Below the pieces are notes generated by a model, which had not been told where the DNA came from, searched no databases, and saw only the letters and a program-made list of their open reading frames with translations. Shown here piece after piece: positions 10,167-19,717 of a DNA stretch of 64,000 nucleotides. The DNA is taken from NCBI GenBank assembly GCA_913020665.1, contig CAJVZI010000004.1, positions 855 to 64,854 of the forward strand. Reading direction: 5' to 3'. Every line of letters begins with the position of its first letter. Position 1 is the stretch's first letter. A program made the position numbers and the translations under genes. The stretch comes from an uncultured bacterium. Its GTDB lineage: Bacteria > Fidelibacterota > Marinisomatia > Marinisomatales > UBA1611.

Positions 10167-13100
10167 ATGGAAAAGTTAATACGCTGGTTTGTTAATAATA
10201 AAGTAGTCTCAAATCTTTTGATGATCTTGATCATCATTACAGGTGCAACAACTATTCCTATGTTGAAGATGGAAGTATTTCCAGAAATTGATTTGAATAT
10301 TATTAATGTCACTGCTGTATATCCTGGTGCGACACCAACAGATGTAGAAGAGGCAATTTGCATTAAAATTGAGGAACGGTTACAAGGCTTAGATGGCGTT
10401 AAGAAGGTCACATCGAATGCATCTGAAAATGTCGGCAATGTCAACATTGAAATAATATCTGGTCAAGACCCTAATGAAATGCTTGACAAGATCAAAGCGG
10501 AGGTTGATGCAATAGATACGTTCCCTGAAAATGTTGAAAAACCTGTATGTAGAAAGATCGCCGGTTCGAATCCAGTTATTTCAGTAGCGGTACATGGTAA
10601 ATTAGAGGATAATTCCCTAAATAAACTAACAGAGGATATCAAGGATGAGATTGATGGACTTCCAGAAGTCACCTTTACTTCCATAGTCGCAGATCTTGAA
10701 AGTGAAATTAAAATAGATATTAAAGAGAGCTCACTTAGAAAATACAATTTATCATTTCAGCAAATTGCTCAATCGATTAAAGAATGGTCTCTGAATATGC
10801 CAAGTGGCACGATCAAAACTAAAGATGGTGAAATTTTAATTAGATCAAATAGTCAAGGCTATTCAGTGTATGACTTTTCAAAAATTCCCATCATAATAAA
10901 TTCAAATGGTTCAGTTGTTTATTTAGGCGATATAAGTGAGATAAAAGACACATTCTCTGATCAATTTGAGCTTGATTTTCAATTTAACGGAGACAAAGCA
11001 AATTTGATTACAGTATTTAGGGTAGGGAATCAAAATGCACTGGATGTCTCCGCCGCTGTTAAGGAATATGTTAATACTAAAAATGCAGAATTACCCGCTT
11101 CTGTACGTGTGACCGCATGGGACGATGAGGCGCGCATACTTAGTGGTAGAATTGAAACCATTATTCGCAATGCTCAACAAGGCCTCATACTTGTCATTAT
11201 TGTATTGGCATTATTTTTAAAACCAAAATTAGCATTCTGGGTTTCCTTAGGAATTCCAATTTCTTTCATGGGCGGATTTTGGCTATTTGCACCATTGGAT
11301 CTTTCAATTAATATGCTCTCTCTTTTTACATTTATCTTAGTATTAGGTATTGTTGTAGATGATGCAATAATTGTTGGAGAGAATATTGCTTTATTCAAAG
11401 AGCGTGGAATGGATGCTGCTGATGCTGCTGTAAAGGGTGCTACACAGGTTGCAAAGCCAGTATTTTTTGCAGTTCTGACTACGATGGTGACCTTTTCGCC
11501 AATGTTAGCTGTTGAAGGTGAAATCGGTTCGATCTGGAGAATATTTCCGTTAGTAGTAATGTCGGTTTTGGTCTGGTCTTTGATTGAGAGCCTAACAATT
11601 CTTCCTTCTCATCTCGCGCACAGTAGCGATGAAGAACCCAAGATCCCATTACTACTTACTATCTCAAACAGTTGGGGCTATGCACAAAATAGAATAATCA
11701 GTGGTCTTAATTATGTAAAAGACCAGATATATAAACCTATACTGGTCAAGGCAGTTTATCATCCATTTTCGGCACTTTCGATTGCTGGAGGCATATTTAT
11801 ATTAACGATTGGAATAATGTCAAGTGGTATACTAAAATTTTCATTCTTTCCTGCCGTTGAAGATGACCTTGCAATCGCAACAATTGAATATTCATCCGGG
11901 ACACCGATCGAAGTAACTAGAGAGGGCTTTGAAAAACTTGAAGAAGCTGCAAGAATTTTAGAATCTCAGTTAATTGAAGAATTTCCAGACCAGGCTGTCA
12001 TAAAGAACAGATTATCAACTATAGGTTATTTACCGATGCTAACAAAGACTTCTCGTGGCCCAGGTAATTTGGATGCTCTTTTTGTGGGATCGAATATGGC
12101 TGAGGTTGCACTTGAACTTGCGCCCTCAGAAAATCGCACAATCAGTACAGAAGAGATCGTACGAAAATGGAGAAGCATCATGCCTGAGATTCCCGGTGCT
12201 AAGGAATTATCATTTAAATCAGATCTTTTTTCTGCTGGTGACCCAATAAATATTCAATTGTCTAGCAAATATATTGATGATCTCATTTTAGCAAAAGATG
12301 AGTTAAAGGCTCAGTTAGTAAGATTCCCTGGTGTATTTGATGTTAGTGATACATACAATATTGGAAAAGAAGAGCTGTCAATTGATCTGTTACCTGCTGC
12401 AAAAAATTATGGAGTGAGTATGATGATGGTTGCTACTCAAGTAAGGCAAGCTTTTTATGGTCTAGAGGTGCAAACTATACAAAGAGGAAGGAATGAATTG
12501 AAGGTCATTATTCAGTACCCAGAAAATGAGAGATCTGCAATTTCAGACTTGGAGAATATGATGATCCTCACGCCTACAGGTTCAACCATTCCTGTTAGAC
12601 AGATAGCTCGATTAGAAATAGGAGAGGGGTTAGCTTCTATTGAAAGAAAGAATCGAAAAAGGTCTATAAATGTAACTGCAGACGTTGATCTGACAGTTAC
12701 AAATGGTAATGAGGTAATAGCAACAGTTATGGGCTCAATTATGCCTAATATCCTGCAGCGATATAACTCAGTAGCATACTCCTTAGAGGGAGAGCAACAA
12801 GAACAAGGAGACAACCTTCGTAGCTTAGGGAAAAATTTCCTCTTAGCAATGATCGTTGTATACATGTTACTTGCAATCCCGTTTAAATCATATTTTCAAC
12901 CTTTGGTAGTGATGTCATCCATACCTTTTGGTATTACTGGAGCAGTATTAGGACACATCTTACTGGGATTGAACTTATCGGTGCTTTCTATGATGGGTAT
13001 TGTTGCATTAACTGGCGTTGTTGTTAATGATAGTTTGGTCATGGTAGATTTTATCAATCGTTACAGAACAGAAGGGAATAGTATCAGTGATGCTGTATTA

Positions 13101-13325
13101 GAAGCAGGTCCAAGAAGATTCAGGCCCATTTTTCTTACATCATTGACAACTTTTGTAGGACTTATCCCGCTGATATTAGAAAAAAGCACGCAGGCCAAGT
13201 TCATGATTCCAATGGCTGTATCATTATCTTTTGGAGTCTTATTTGCAACTGCGATCACTTTATTATTGGTCCCAGTATCATATTTAACTCTTGAAAAATA
13301 TATATTAAAAACGGAGAAAAAATAA
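10167..13325 (+). CDS. RND efflux permease (AcrB/HAE family)
   Basis: 1052 aa, with a 12-TM plus two-large-loop architecture. VLGIVVDDAIIVGENI and ALTGVVVNDSLVMVDF are RND signature helices. Confidence 0.9.
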   Translation: MEKLIRWFVNNKVVSNLLMILIIITGATTIPMLKMEVFPEIDLNIINVTAVYPGATPTDVEEAICIKIEERLQGLDGVKKVTSNASENVGNVNIEIISGQDPNEMLDKIKAEVDAIDTFPENVEKPVCRKIAGSNPVISVAVHGKLEDNSLNKLTEDIKDEIDGLPEVTFTSIVADLESEIKIDIKESSLRKYNLSFQQIAQSIKEWSLNMPSGTIKTKDGEILIRSNSQGYSVYDFSKIPIIINSNGSVVYLGDISEIKDTFSDQFELDFQFNGDKANLITVFRVGNQNALDVSAAVKEYVNTKNAELPASVRVTAWDDEARILSGRIETIIRNAQQGLILVIIVLALFLKPKLAFWVSLGIPISFMGGFWLFAPLDLSINMLSLFTFILVLGIVVDDAIIVGENIALFKERGMDAADAAVKGATQVAKPVFFAVLTTMVTFSPMLAVEGEIGSIWRIFPLVVMSVLVWSLIESLTILPSHLAHSSDEEPKIPLLLTISNSWGYAQNRIISGLNYVKDQIYKPILVKAVYHPFSALSIAGGIFILTIGIMSSGILKFSFFPAVEDDLAIATIEYSSGTPIEVTREGFEKLEEAARILESQLIEEFPDQAVIKNRLSTIGYLPMLTKTSRGPGNLDALFVGSNMAEVALELAPSENRTISTEEIVRKWRSIMPEIPGAKELSFKSDLFSAGDPINIQLSSKYIDDLILAKDELKAQLVRFPGVFDVSDTYNIGKEELSIDLLPAAKNYGVSMMMVATQVRQAFYGLEVQTIQRGRNELKVIIQYPENERSAISDLENMMILTPTGSTIPVRQIARLEIGEGLASIERKNRKRSINVTADVDLTVTNGNEVIATVMGSIMPNILQRYNSVAYSLEGEQQEQGDNLRSLGKNFLLAMIVVYMLLAIPFKSYFQPLVVMSSIPFGITGAVLGHILLGLNLSVLSMMGIVALTGVVVNDSLVMVDFINRYRTEGNSISDAVLEAGPRRFRPIFLTSLTTFVGLIPLILEKSTQAKFMIPMAVSLSFGVLFATAITLLLVPVSYLTLEKYILKTEKK

Positions 13326-14281
13326 TGAAAGTCGCACTCATTGGTGGGACAGGTTACGTTGGTTCTTACATAACTGATGAACTCATAAATAACGGCCATA
13401 CCCCAAAACTTTTAGTAAGAAATGGTTCAGATCATAAGGTCATGCAGCCTGAGAAATGTGAGGTCGTCCATGGAGACATTGAAAATGATGATGCAATTGG
13501 TATGACACTCGAGGATTGTGATGCCATTATCTATTTAATTGCATTGATAAGAGAGTTTCCTCAGGATGGTCTAACCAATGAGAAATTGCAATTTAAAGGG
13601 ACGGAAAAAGTGATTAAGATCGCAAAAGATAAAGGTATAAAGCGATTTTTATTAATGAGCGCACTTGGTGCAAATCCACATCCGGAAAGTTCCAAGTATA
13701 TGCAAGCGAAATACTTGTCAGAACAAGCAGTAAAGAATTCAAAATTAGATTGGACGATCTTTCGACCTTCTTCGCTTTTTGGAGACCCTAGGGGATGTGG
13801 CAGGCCAGAGTTTTGTATGATGCTAGACAAATTAATGCTTAGTCTTTTACCATATCCAAAATTTCTACCATTCCCTGCACCATCCTTTTTTACCGGTATG
13901 AACCCACTTGATGCGGGCGATTATAGTCTTTCAATGATTCATGTGAAAGATGTTGCAACCATTTTTATAAGATCTTTAGATGATGAGTCTACTTTTAGAC
14001 AAACACTAGAAATCGGTGGTCAGAGGCCTGTAAACTGGAATGAAATTGTGACCTCTATTGCAAAAGTAACGGGAAGAAAGGTAATAATGGTACCTGCTCC
14101 ATTTTTTGTTATATCTTTCATTGCTGGAATACTTGATAGGTTCAAATGGTTTCCAGCGGGTAAAGATCAGTTAAATGACCTTGTAAGGGGTAACGTATGT
14201 GATTCAACAGAATTATTAAAAAAATATGATATTGAACCCATTCCATTTGATATCAAAAATTTAAAGTATATATCAGGATAA
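13325..14281 (+). CDS. NAD(P)H-binding atypical SDR (NDUFA9/NmrA-like)
   Basis: 318 aa with MKVALIGGTGYVGSY Rossmann motif. Its start shares the TAATG junction with the RND stop. Confidence 0.7.
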   Translation: MKVALIGGTGYVGSYITDELINNGHTPKLLVRNGSDHKVMQPEKCEVVHGDIENDDAIGMTLEDCDAIIYLIALIREFPQDGLTNEKLQFKGTEKVIKIAKDKGIKRFLLMSALGANPHPESSKYMQAKYLSEQAVKNSKLDWTIFRPSSLFGDPRGCGRPEFCMMLDKLMLSLLPYPKFLPFPAPSFFTGMNPLDAGDYSLSMIHVKDVATIFIRSLDDESTFRQTLEIGGQRPVNWNEIVTSIAKVTGRKVIMVPAPFFVISFIAGILDRFKWFPAGKDQLNDLVRGNVCDSTELLKKYDIEPIPFDIKNLKYISG

Positions 14282-14286
14282 ATTTT

Positions 14287-16614
14287 ATGAGATATTTTAT
14301 TTTTATTTTATTTCTAATTACCCATTTGGGTGCCCAGTCCACAATCATATCTGGTTTTATTAGCGACTCTTCTTCCGGCGAGGCACTGATTGGTGCAAAT
14401 GTGATTCTGCAAGAGACCGGTCAGGGAATGGCAACTGATATGAATGGTTATTATGTCATACAAGATATATTGCCTGGAGACTATGTCTTAATGGTCTCTT
14501 ATGTTGGTTTTAGCCTGAGAAAAGAAAAACTGACCATTACTGAGGGCGAATCCATTAAGTTAAATATCGCTTTATTAGAGGAAGTAGTTGAACTATCACA
14601 AGTTGAGGTCACTGCTGAGCAGCTCCAGAGAAAGGCAAATATACAGCCTAGTAAGATAAACCTTAGCCCAAGAATGATGAAGGCCGCGCCTGCTTTAGCC
14701 GAGCCTGATCTTTTCAGAACTATACAAGCTCTTCCTGGAGTATTAACAACATCTGAATTCAGCACGGGTTTAGTTATAAGAGGTGGAAATACCGATCAAA
14801 ACCTAATTCTGTTAGATGGTGTAACAGTATATAACCCATCACATTTGGGTGGAATATTCTCAAATTTTATTGTGGATGGTGTAAAAGAGGCCGAACTAAT
14901 TAAAGGTGCCTACAATGCAGAATATGGTGGTAGGCTCTCTGCTGTTCTCAATATTATTAGTCGTGAAGGAAATCAAAAAAAGTTTGAGGGGAAAGCAAAT
15001 CTATCACTTCTCTCAGCACAAACCACGCTGGAGGGTCCATTTTACAAGGGAGCATGGGTCTTATCAGGACGCAGGACTTATTTTGATCAAATATTTAAGA
15101 ATAATCCCAACATCCCACCCTACTATTTCTATGATATTCAGAGTCATGTATACTCTGATATCACTGCGAAAGATAGATTATCGCTCAGTTTTTACAATGG
15201 GATAGATGATCTATTATTTGGGACTTTTGGACTTGCTGGTCGTTGGGGTAATAGTACCTTAAGCACCCAATACAGGCGAGTCTTTTCTGAAAAACTGATT
15301 GGTAATTTTTTATACGCTAATAGCTTATTCTTTACAGAATTTGGTCTAGGTGGTTCCAATGGATTAAACAGTGATAATCAGATAGATGATGCAACAGTAG
15401 CAGTAAACTTTTCTTGGTTTAAATCATCTGAAAACACAGTCAAATTTGGTGCTCAGCTGAAAAACCTTGGCTTTTTATATACAAACACATTTGGAGATTC
15501 GCTACAGTTTAAAATTGAAACGAAACCAAAAGAGTTTGCTAGTTATGCAAAATTGAAATATTCACCATCTGAAAAATTTATTCTTGAACCTGGTGTGAGA
15601 ATAAATATGTATAATGTATACAGCGACTCAATTTTTCCTGACCTTCGACTTGGTATGAAATATTTACTAAATGATGATAGGTATCTGAATTTTTCATTAG
15701 GGAATTACCATCAGTTCATTGCGACATTTCAGGATGATTATAATCCAACGATCTTAGACCAATGGATAGCGGTTGATAATAGTATTGCACCTGCTAAGTC
15801 ATCTCAAATAGTATTAGGATATGAAGAATATCTTAATAATCTGTATAAGCTTCAGGTTGAGGGTTACTATAAAGATATAAAAAATCTATTTACTTTTGAA
15901 GAGTCTAGAGCAACTACTGATGAGGCTGTCTCTGATTCAGTTTTATCTGACATCGTAACTCCATCTAATGGTTATGCTTATGGTCTAGAGTTATTTGCAC
16001 AAAAAATGAGCGGCAGACTTAGTGGTTGGTTAGCATATACTTTTTCTGTATCAAGAAAATCAATGAATAGTATTTTCTATGATAAAAGTGAAGAATATTA
16101 TAATAGCTGGGACAGGACACATTCATTCAGTGCTCTTGGTAATTACATATTTAATAATAAGTGGGATATGAATTGGAAATTATCTCTGCAATCTGGACAG
16201 GCATATACTCCCATAATTGGTTATTATAATCAGATCTTACCAGAGAGCCCTGATGAGGTCTTTAGGACAATACCAGGTACTAGAAATTCAGCTAGGTATT
16301 CTCCATATAGTAGATTAGATCTTGGGTTTGTATACCATACTAAAATTTTTGGATCAAAAATGGATATATATGTTCAGATAATAAATGTTTTTAATAGAAA
16401 GAACACGTTTAGAAAATCATATAGTGTAGGAAGTACATACAATGGCATTGATGATGATGGAGATTGGGATGAAGAAAAACATGATTCCAATGGAAATGGA
16501 GAGCCTGATGTTGGCGAGGTTAATGTAGATGAAGCAGACGAAGGAAGGCTTCAAGTCAATGATATTAGCTTATTTCCAATCATTCCTACAATTGGTTTTA
16601 GCTGGGAGTTTTAA
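14287..16614 (+). CDS. TonB-dependent receptor with CarboxypepD_reg-like N-domain
   Basis: 775 aa with a signal peptide. CarboxypepD_reg segment (ISGFISDSSSGEALIGANV...GYYVI..LPGDYVLMVSYVGF), plug (RGGNTDQNLILLDGVTVYNP) and C-terminal GFSWEF. Confidence 0.8.
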   Translation: MRYFIFILFLITHLGAQSTIISGFISDSSSGEALIGANVILQETGQGMATDMNGYYVIQDILPGDYVLMVSYVGFSLRKEKLTITEGESIKLNIALLEEVVELSQVEVTAEQLQRKANIQPSKINLSPRMMKAAPALAEPDLFRTIQALPGVLTTSEFSTGLVIRGGNTDQNLILLDGVTVYNPSHLGGIFSNFIVDGVKEAELIKGAYNAEYGGRLSAVLNIISREGNQKKFEGKANLSLLSAQTTLEGPFYKGAWVLSGRRTYFDQIFKNNPNIPPYYFYDIQSHVYSDITAKDRLSLSFYNGIDDLLFGTFGLAGRWGNSTLSTQYRRVFSEKLIGNFLYANSLFFTEFGLGGSNGLNSDNQIDDATVAVNFSWFKSSENTVKFGAQLKNLGFLYTNTFGDSLQFKIETKPKEFASYAKLKYSPSEKFILEPGVRINMYNVYSDSIFPDLRLGMKYLLNDDRYLNFSLGNYHQFIATFQDDYNPTILDQWIAVDNSIAPAKSSQIVLGYEEYLNNLYKLQVEGYYKDIKNLFTFEESRATTDEAVSDSVLSDIVTPSNGYAYGLELFAQKMSGRLSGWLAYTFSVSRKSMNSIFYDKSEEYYNSWDRTHSFSALGNYIFNNKWDMNWKLSLQSGQAYTPIIGYYNQILPESPDEVFRTIPGTRNSARYSPYSRLDLGFVYHTKIFGSKMDIYVQIINVFNRKNTFRKSYSVGSTYNGIDDDGDWDEEKHDSNGNGEPDVGEVNVDEADEGRLQVNDISLFPIIPTIGFSWEF

Positions 16615-17829
16615 ATGCATAAAAAAATAAAATTAGCAATTCAAATATTGTCTTTTTCATTCATAATACAATCATGCTCATTTGATGATGATACTATCAA
16701 TTATGAGGAACAGCTTGTTGTATTTGCATCAATTAATGCAGGATTTCCTGTTTATGATACTGTATTTGTATCTAGAACAGCAGACGTTAATGAATCGGTA
16801 GATTCAGAAGATCTCTATATTGAGAATGCAAATGTAGAGCTTATCAATATCGCAGACGGTTCAAGATTAAATTTTTATTCACTTGGGAATGGTAGATATT
16901 ATCCAATTGATATGACCATGCAGAATGCGGATTCTATCTTCAGCTATTGGCTTGATTATATTATCAGCTCTGGCACTACTTATAGATTAGTAGTTACACA
17001 TGAAGAAGACTCTGTCATCGCTGAAACTAATGTTCCAGAAAAAATAGAAATTGAATCAGCAGAAATGTCAGAATATATATGTCCAGATGGAAGTACTGAG
17101 CCTGTGAGTATAATTGATGTAAATAATCTAGAAAATTTGTCCTTCGCACAAATGTTATCCTTATATCAAAATCCAGTAGAATATATTGAGCAAAATAATT
17201 TAAATGTAGACTCAGTAGAATTTAAAATTGGAGATTGTTACACTAAGAGTTTTGCCAGTGCTCCAATGTTCGGGGTAGATTATAACCAAGATGATTATAA
17301 CACCATCCAAATCATCTCTAATGCCCTAGGATCAAATGTAGTTGGTTTAGAGCCATTTACCGACGAAAATCAGAATGGCGTTTTTGATGAAGGTGAAAAT
17401 TATTCTGATAGAAACAGGAATGGATTGAGAGACAGCTGTTATATAAATTTAATTTATAGTGACGAGAAGGGTCTTTTTGATAATGATAGCTTAGATTATA
17501 ATTCATTAGCTAATATTTGGAAAAATCCCTTGAAAAGGGGTGCCGCTGATGGGACATGGCGCGAGAATAGTCCATACAGAAATAATCCTTGGCTGTGGAA
17601 TGTAGATATTTCTCCCTCGCCAATCATGTGGTTGTATTTCGATTATTATGGCTATTATATGATGACCTTTAAATCAACAAGTGATTCATATTTTAATTAC
17701 TTCCAAGGAGATCCTGTAGGTCAAAATATTTATTTACTACCAGCTTCTAATTTTGAAGGAGGGCTCGGAGTTTTTTATAGTTCTTCCTCAACATCTTTTA
17801 TAGTAAAGGTAATAAATAGCCTTGAATAA
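16615..17829 (+). CDS. DUF4249-like lipoprotein (usual partner of CarboxypepD_reg TonB-dependent receptors)
   Basis: 404 aa with lipobox IIQSC. The start abuts the receptor stop (TAAATG). The family call is from recollection of the N-terminal pattern and synteny. Confidence 0.45.
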   Translation: MHKKIKLAIQILSFSFIIQSCSFDDDTINYEEQLVVFASINAGFPVYDTVFVSRTADVNESVDSEDLYIENANVELINIADGSRLNFYSLGNGRYYPIDMTMQNADSIFSYWLDYIISSGTTYRLVVTHEEDSVIAETNVPEKIEIESAEMSEYICPDGSTEPVSIIDVNNLENLSFAQMLSLYQNPVEYIEQNNLNVDSVEFKIGDCYTKSFASAPMFGVDYNQDDYNTIQIISNALGSNVVGLEPFTDENQNGVFDEGENYSDRNRNGLRDSCYINLIYSDEKGLFDNDSLDYNSLANIWKNPLKRGAADGTWRENSPYRNNPWLWNVDISPSPIMWLYFDYYGYYMMTFKSTSDSYFNYFQGDPVGQNIYLLPASNFEGGLGVFYSSSSTSFIVKVINSLE

Positions 17830-17849
17830 GATAGATTGTTAAAGAAAAG

Positions 17850-17921
17850 TAGCCCGTAGGAGAATCGAACTCCTGTTGCCAGGATGAAAACCTGGAGTCC
17901 TAACCACTAGACGAACGGGCC
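17850..17921 (-). tRNA. tRNA-Glu (anticodon UUC)
   Basis: The reverse complement GGCCCGTTCGTCTAGTGGTTAGGACTCCAGGTTTTCATCCTGGCAACAGGAGTTCGATTCTCCTACGGGCTA folds as a 72-nt cloverleaf. Anticodon loop is UUUUCAU. CCA is not encoded. Confidence 0.9.
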
Positions 17922-18006
17922 AAAATGATAATTCTTATAGTAAGAGAGTGGCGAGAAATTTATAATTTTAGAAAAGACTTCACCAACCCATTTTTTTATA
18001 GTTCTT

Positions 18007-18321
18007 TTATTTATCTGATGTGTCTAAAATATCAAGTAACTGTCCATTTTGATGGAGTTCGATTGTTATATCTGCACCACCAATCAGCTGTCCTTTAACA
18101 AACAACTGAGGTATTGTAGGCCAGTTAGAATGTTCACTTAGTTTAATCCTTATTGATGGATCTTCTAACACATTAACATCTTTATAATTAACACCATAGT
18201 GATTCAAAATCTGTACTACTGAATTTGAAAAGCCACACATTGGCATATCTTTTGTCCCTTTCATATAAAGAATGATTGGGTTTTCATTTATATCATTTAT
18301 TATTTGTTGTTTTAAATCCAT
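18007..18321 (-). CDS. grxD: Monothiol glutaredoxin (Grx4 family, CGFS)
   Basis: 104 aa with a PMCGFSNSVV active site and the WPTIPQLFVKGQLIGG motif. Confidence 0.9.
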   Translation of the reverse strand: MDLKQQIINDINENPIILYMKGTKDMPMCGFSNSVVQILNHYGVNYKDVNVLEDPSIRIKLSEHSNWPTIPQLFVKGQLIGGADITIELHQNGQLLDILDTSDK

Positions 18322-18336
18322 TCTAATCTCTTAATT

Positions 18337-18813
18337 TTATTCTTTTGTTAGTTTAATGCCTTTGAATGAGCATGCCTTACAATGATAGTGTTTTACACTT
18401 GTCCAATAAATAAAGCCCATTACCTTATGTTGCCAGCTTTTACGTATTCTATTTAATGATTCACCACACTCTGGACAGTTTGATAATTCAGAGAACCGTT
18501 CAATCATTCTCAGTCTCCACCGCTCGGCTATTAAATATATTACATATATTATGAGACTAATACCTACTATATCTGATACTTCAAATTGTTTGATTAGAAA
18601 TAGGATGCTATCTCTTGTCCATTCAATCCCATTACCGATTGAAAAAAATATTAGTCTTATAAAAGTATATATATAATGTTTGATCTCTAGTTCTTCTACT
18701 AGTAAAAAAATCCCCAATGCAAATAGAATCACTACTTTTATTTCAAAGCTATATTCTACTAAAAATGGTTGGTGCCTTGGCTTGGCAATTCCTTTTCGTT
18801 TTTTTGCCATCAC
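18337..18813 (-). CDS. Membrane protein with C-terminal zinc-ribbon (CPEC...CKAC), function unknown
   Basis: 158 aa with about 3 hydrophobic helices followed by CPECGESL..(x22)..HCKACSF. It lies 15 nt upstream of grxD on the same strand. Confidence 0.5.
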   Translation of the reverse strand: MMAKKRKGIAKPRHQPFLVEYSFEIKVVILFALGIFLLVEELEIKHYIYTFIRLIFFSIGNGIEWTRDSILFLIKQFEVSDIVGISLIIYVIYLIAERWRLRMIERFSELSNCPECGESLNRIRKSWQHKVMGFIYWTSVKHYHCKACSFKGIKLTKE

Positions 18814-18952
18814 TAATTCTAATTAAAAGGTACTAGAAAAAGAAATAGATACTTCAATCATCAATGACCAAAATAATAAATTAAAACTATAAGATAAATT
18901 GTTAGTGATGGTCACTTCCTAGTAAACTTGATTAATTATTTGGCGATATTGT

Positions 18953-19717
18953 ATGAAACTTATTTCTTGGAATGTGAATGGAATCAGGGCAGCTGTAAAA
19001 AAGGGGTTTCTAGATTACTTAGATTCTGAACAACCGGATATACTTTGTATTCAGGAATCTAAAGCACATAAAGAGCAGCTTTCGTCCGAGATAATTGAGG
19101 ATCATGGATATCATACTTATTGGCATTCTGGAATAAAAAAAGGTTATAGTGGTGTTGCAACTTTTTGTAAAAAAGAACCGCTCTATATACAAGAAGGGTT
19201 AGGAATAGAAAAATATGATAATGAGGGACGCGTCCTCATTACTGAGCATGAAAACTTTTTATTATATAATATTTATTTTCCAAATGGTCAAAAAGATGAA
19301 ATACGTTTACAGTATAAATTAGATTTTTATGATGATCTACTACCAATTATTAATGAGCAGGTAGAGTCAGGGAACAATGTTATAGTAACAGGGGATTGGA
19401 ATACTGCACATCGCCCTATCGATCTTGCCCGTCCTAAAGAGAATATAAACACATCTGGCTTTATGCCAATTGAGAGAGAGAAGCTGGATATTTATGTTTC
19501 AGAGGGTTGGGTAGATACGTTTAGGTTATTTCATAGTGAACCAGATAGATATTCTTGGTGGACCTATCGATTTGGAGCTCGAGAAAGGAATGTTGGCTGG
19601 AGAATAGATTATTTTTTTATCAATAAGGATATGGTAGATCTTTGTATTGATGCAGATATACATCATGATGTCTTAGGATCGGACCATTGTCCTGTCTCTT
19701 TAATACTTGATATTTAA
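18953..19717 (+). CDS. xth: Exodeoxyribonuclease III
   Basis: 254 aa. MKLISWNVNGIRA, QESK, GDWNTAH and GSDHCPV are AP-endonuclease family motifs. Confidence 0.9.
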   Translation: MKLISWNVNGIRAAVKKGFLDYLDSEQPDILCIQESKAHKEQLSSEIIEDHGYHTYWHSGIKKGYSGVATFCKKEPLYIQEGLGIEKYDNEGRVLITEHENFLLYNIYFPNGQKDEIRLQYKLDFYDDLLPIINEQVESGNNVIVTGDWNTAHRPIDLARPKENINTSGFMPIEREKLDIYVSEGWVDTFRLFHSEPDRYSWWTYRFGARERNVGWRIDYFFINKDMVDLCIDADIHHDVLGSDHCPVSLILDI

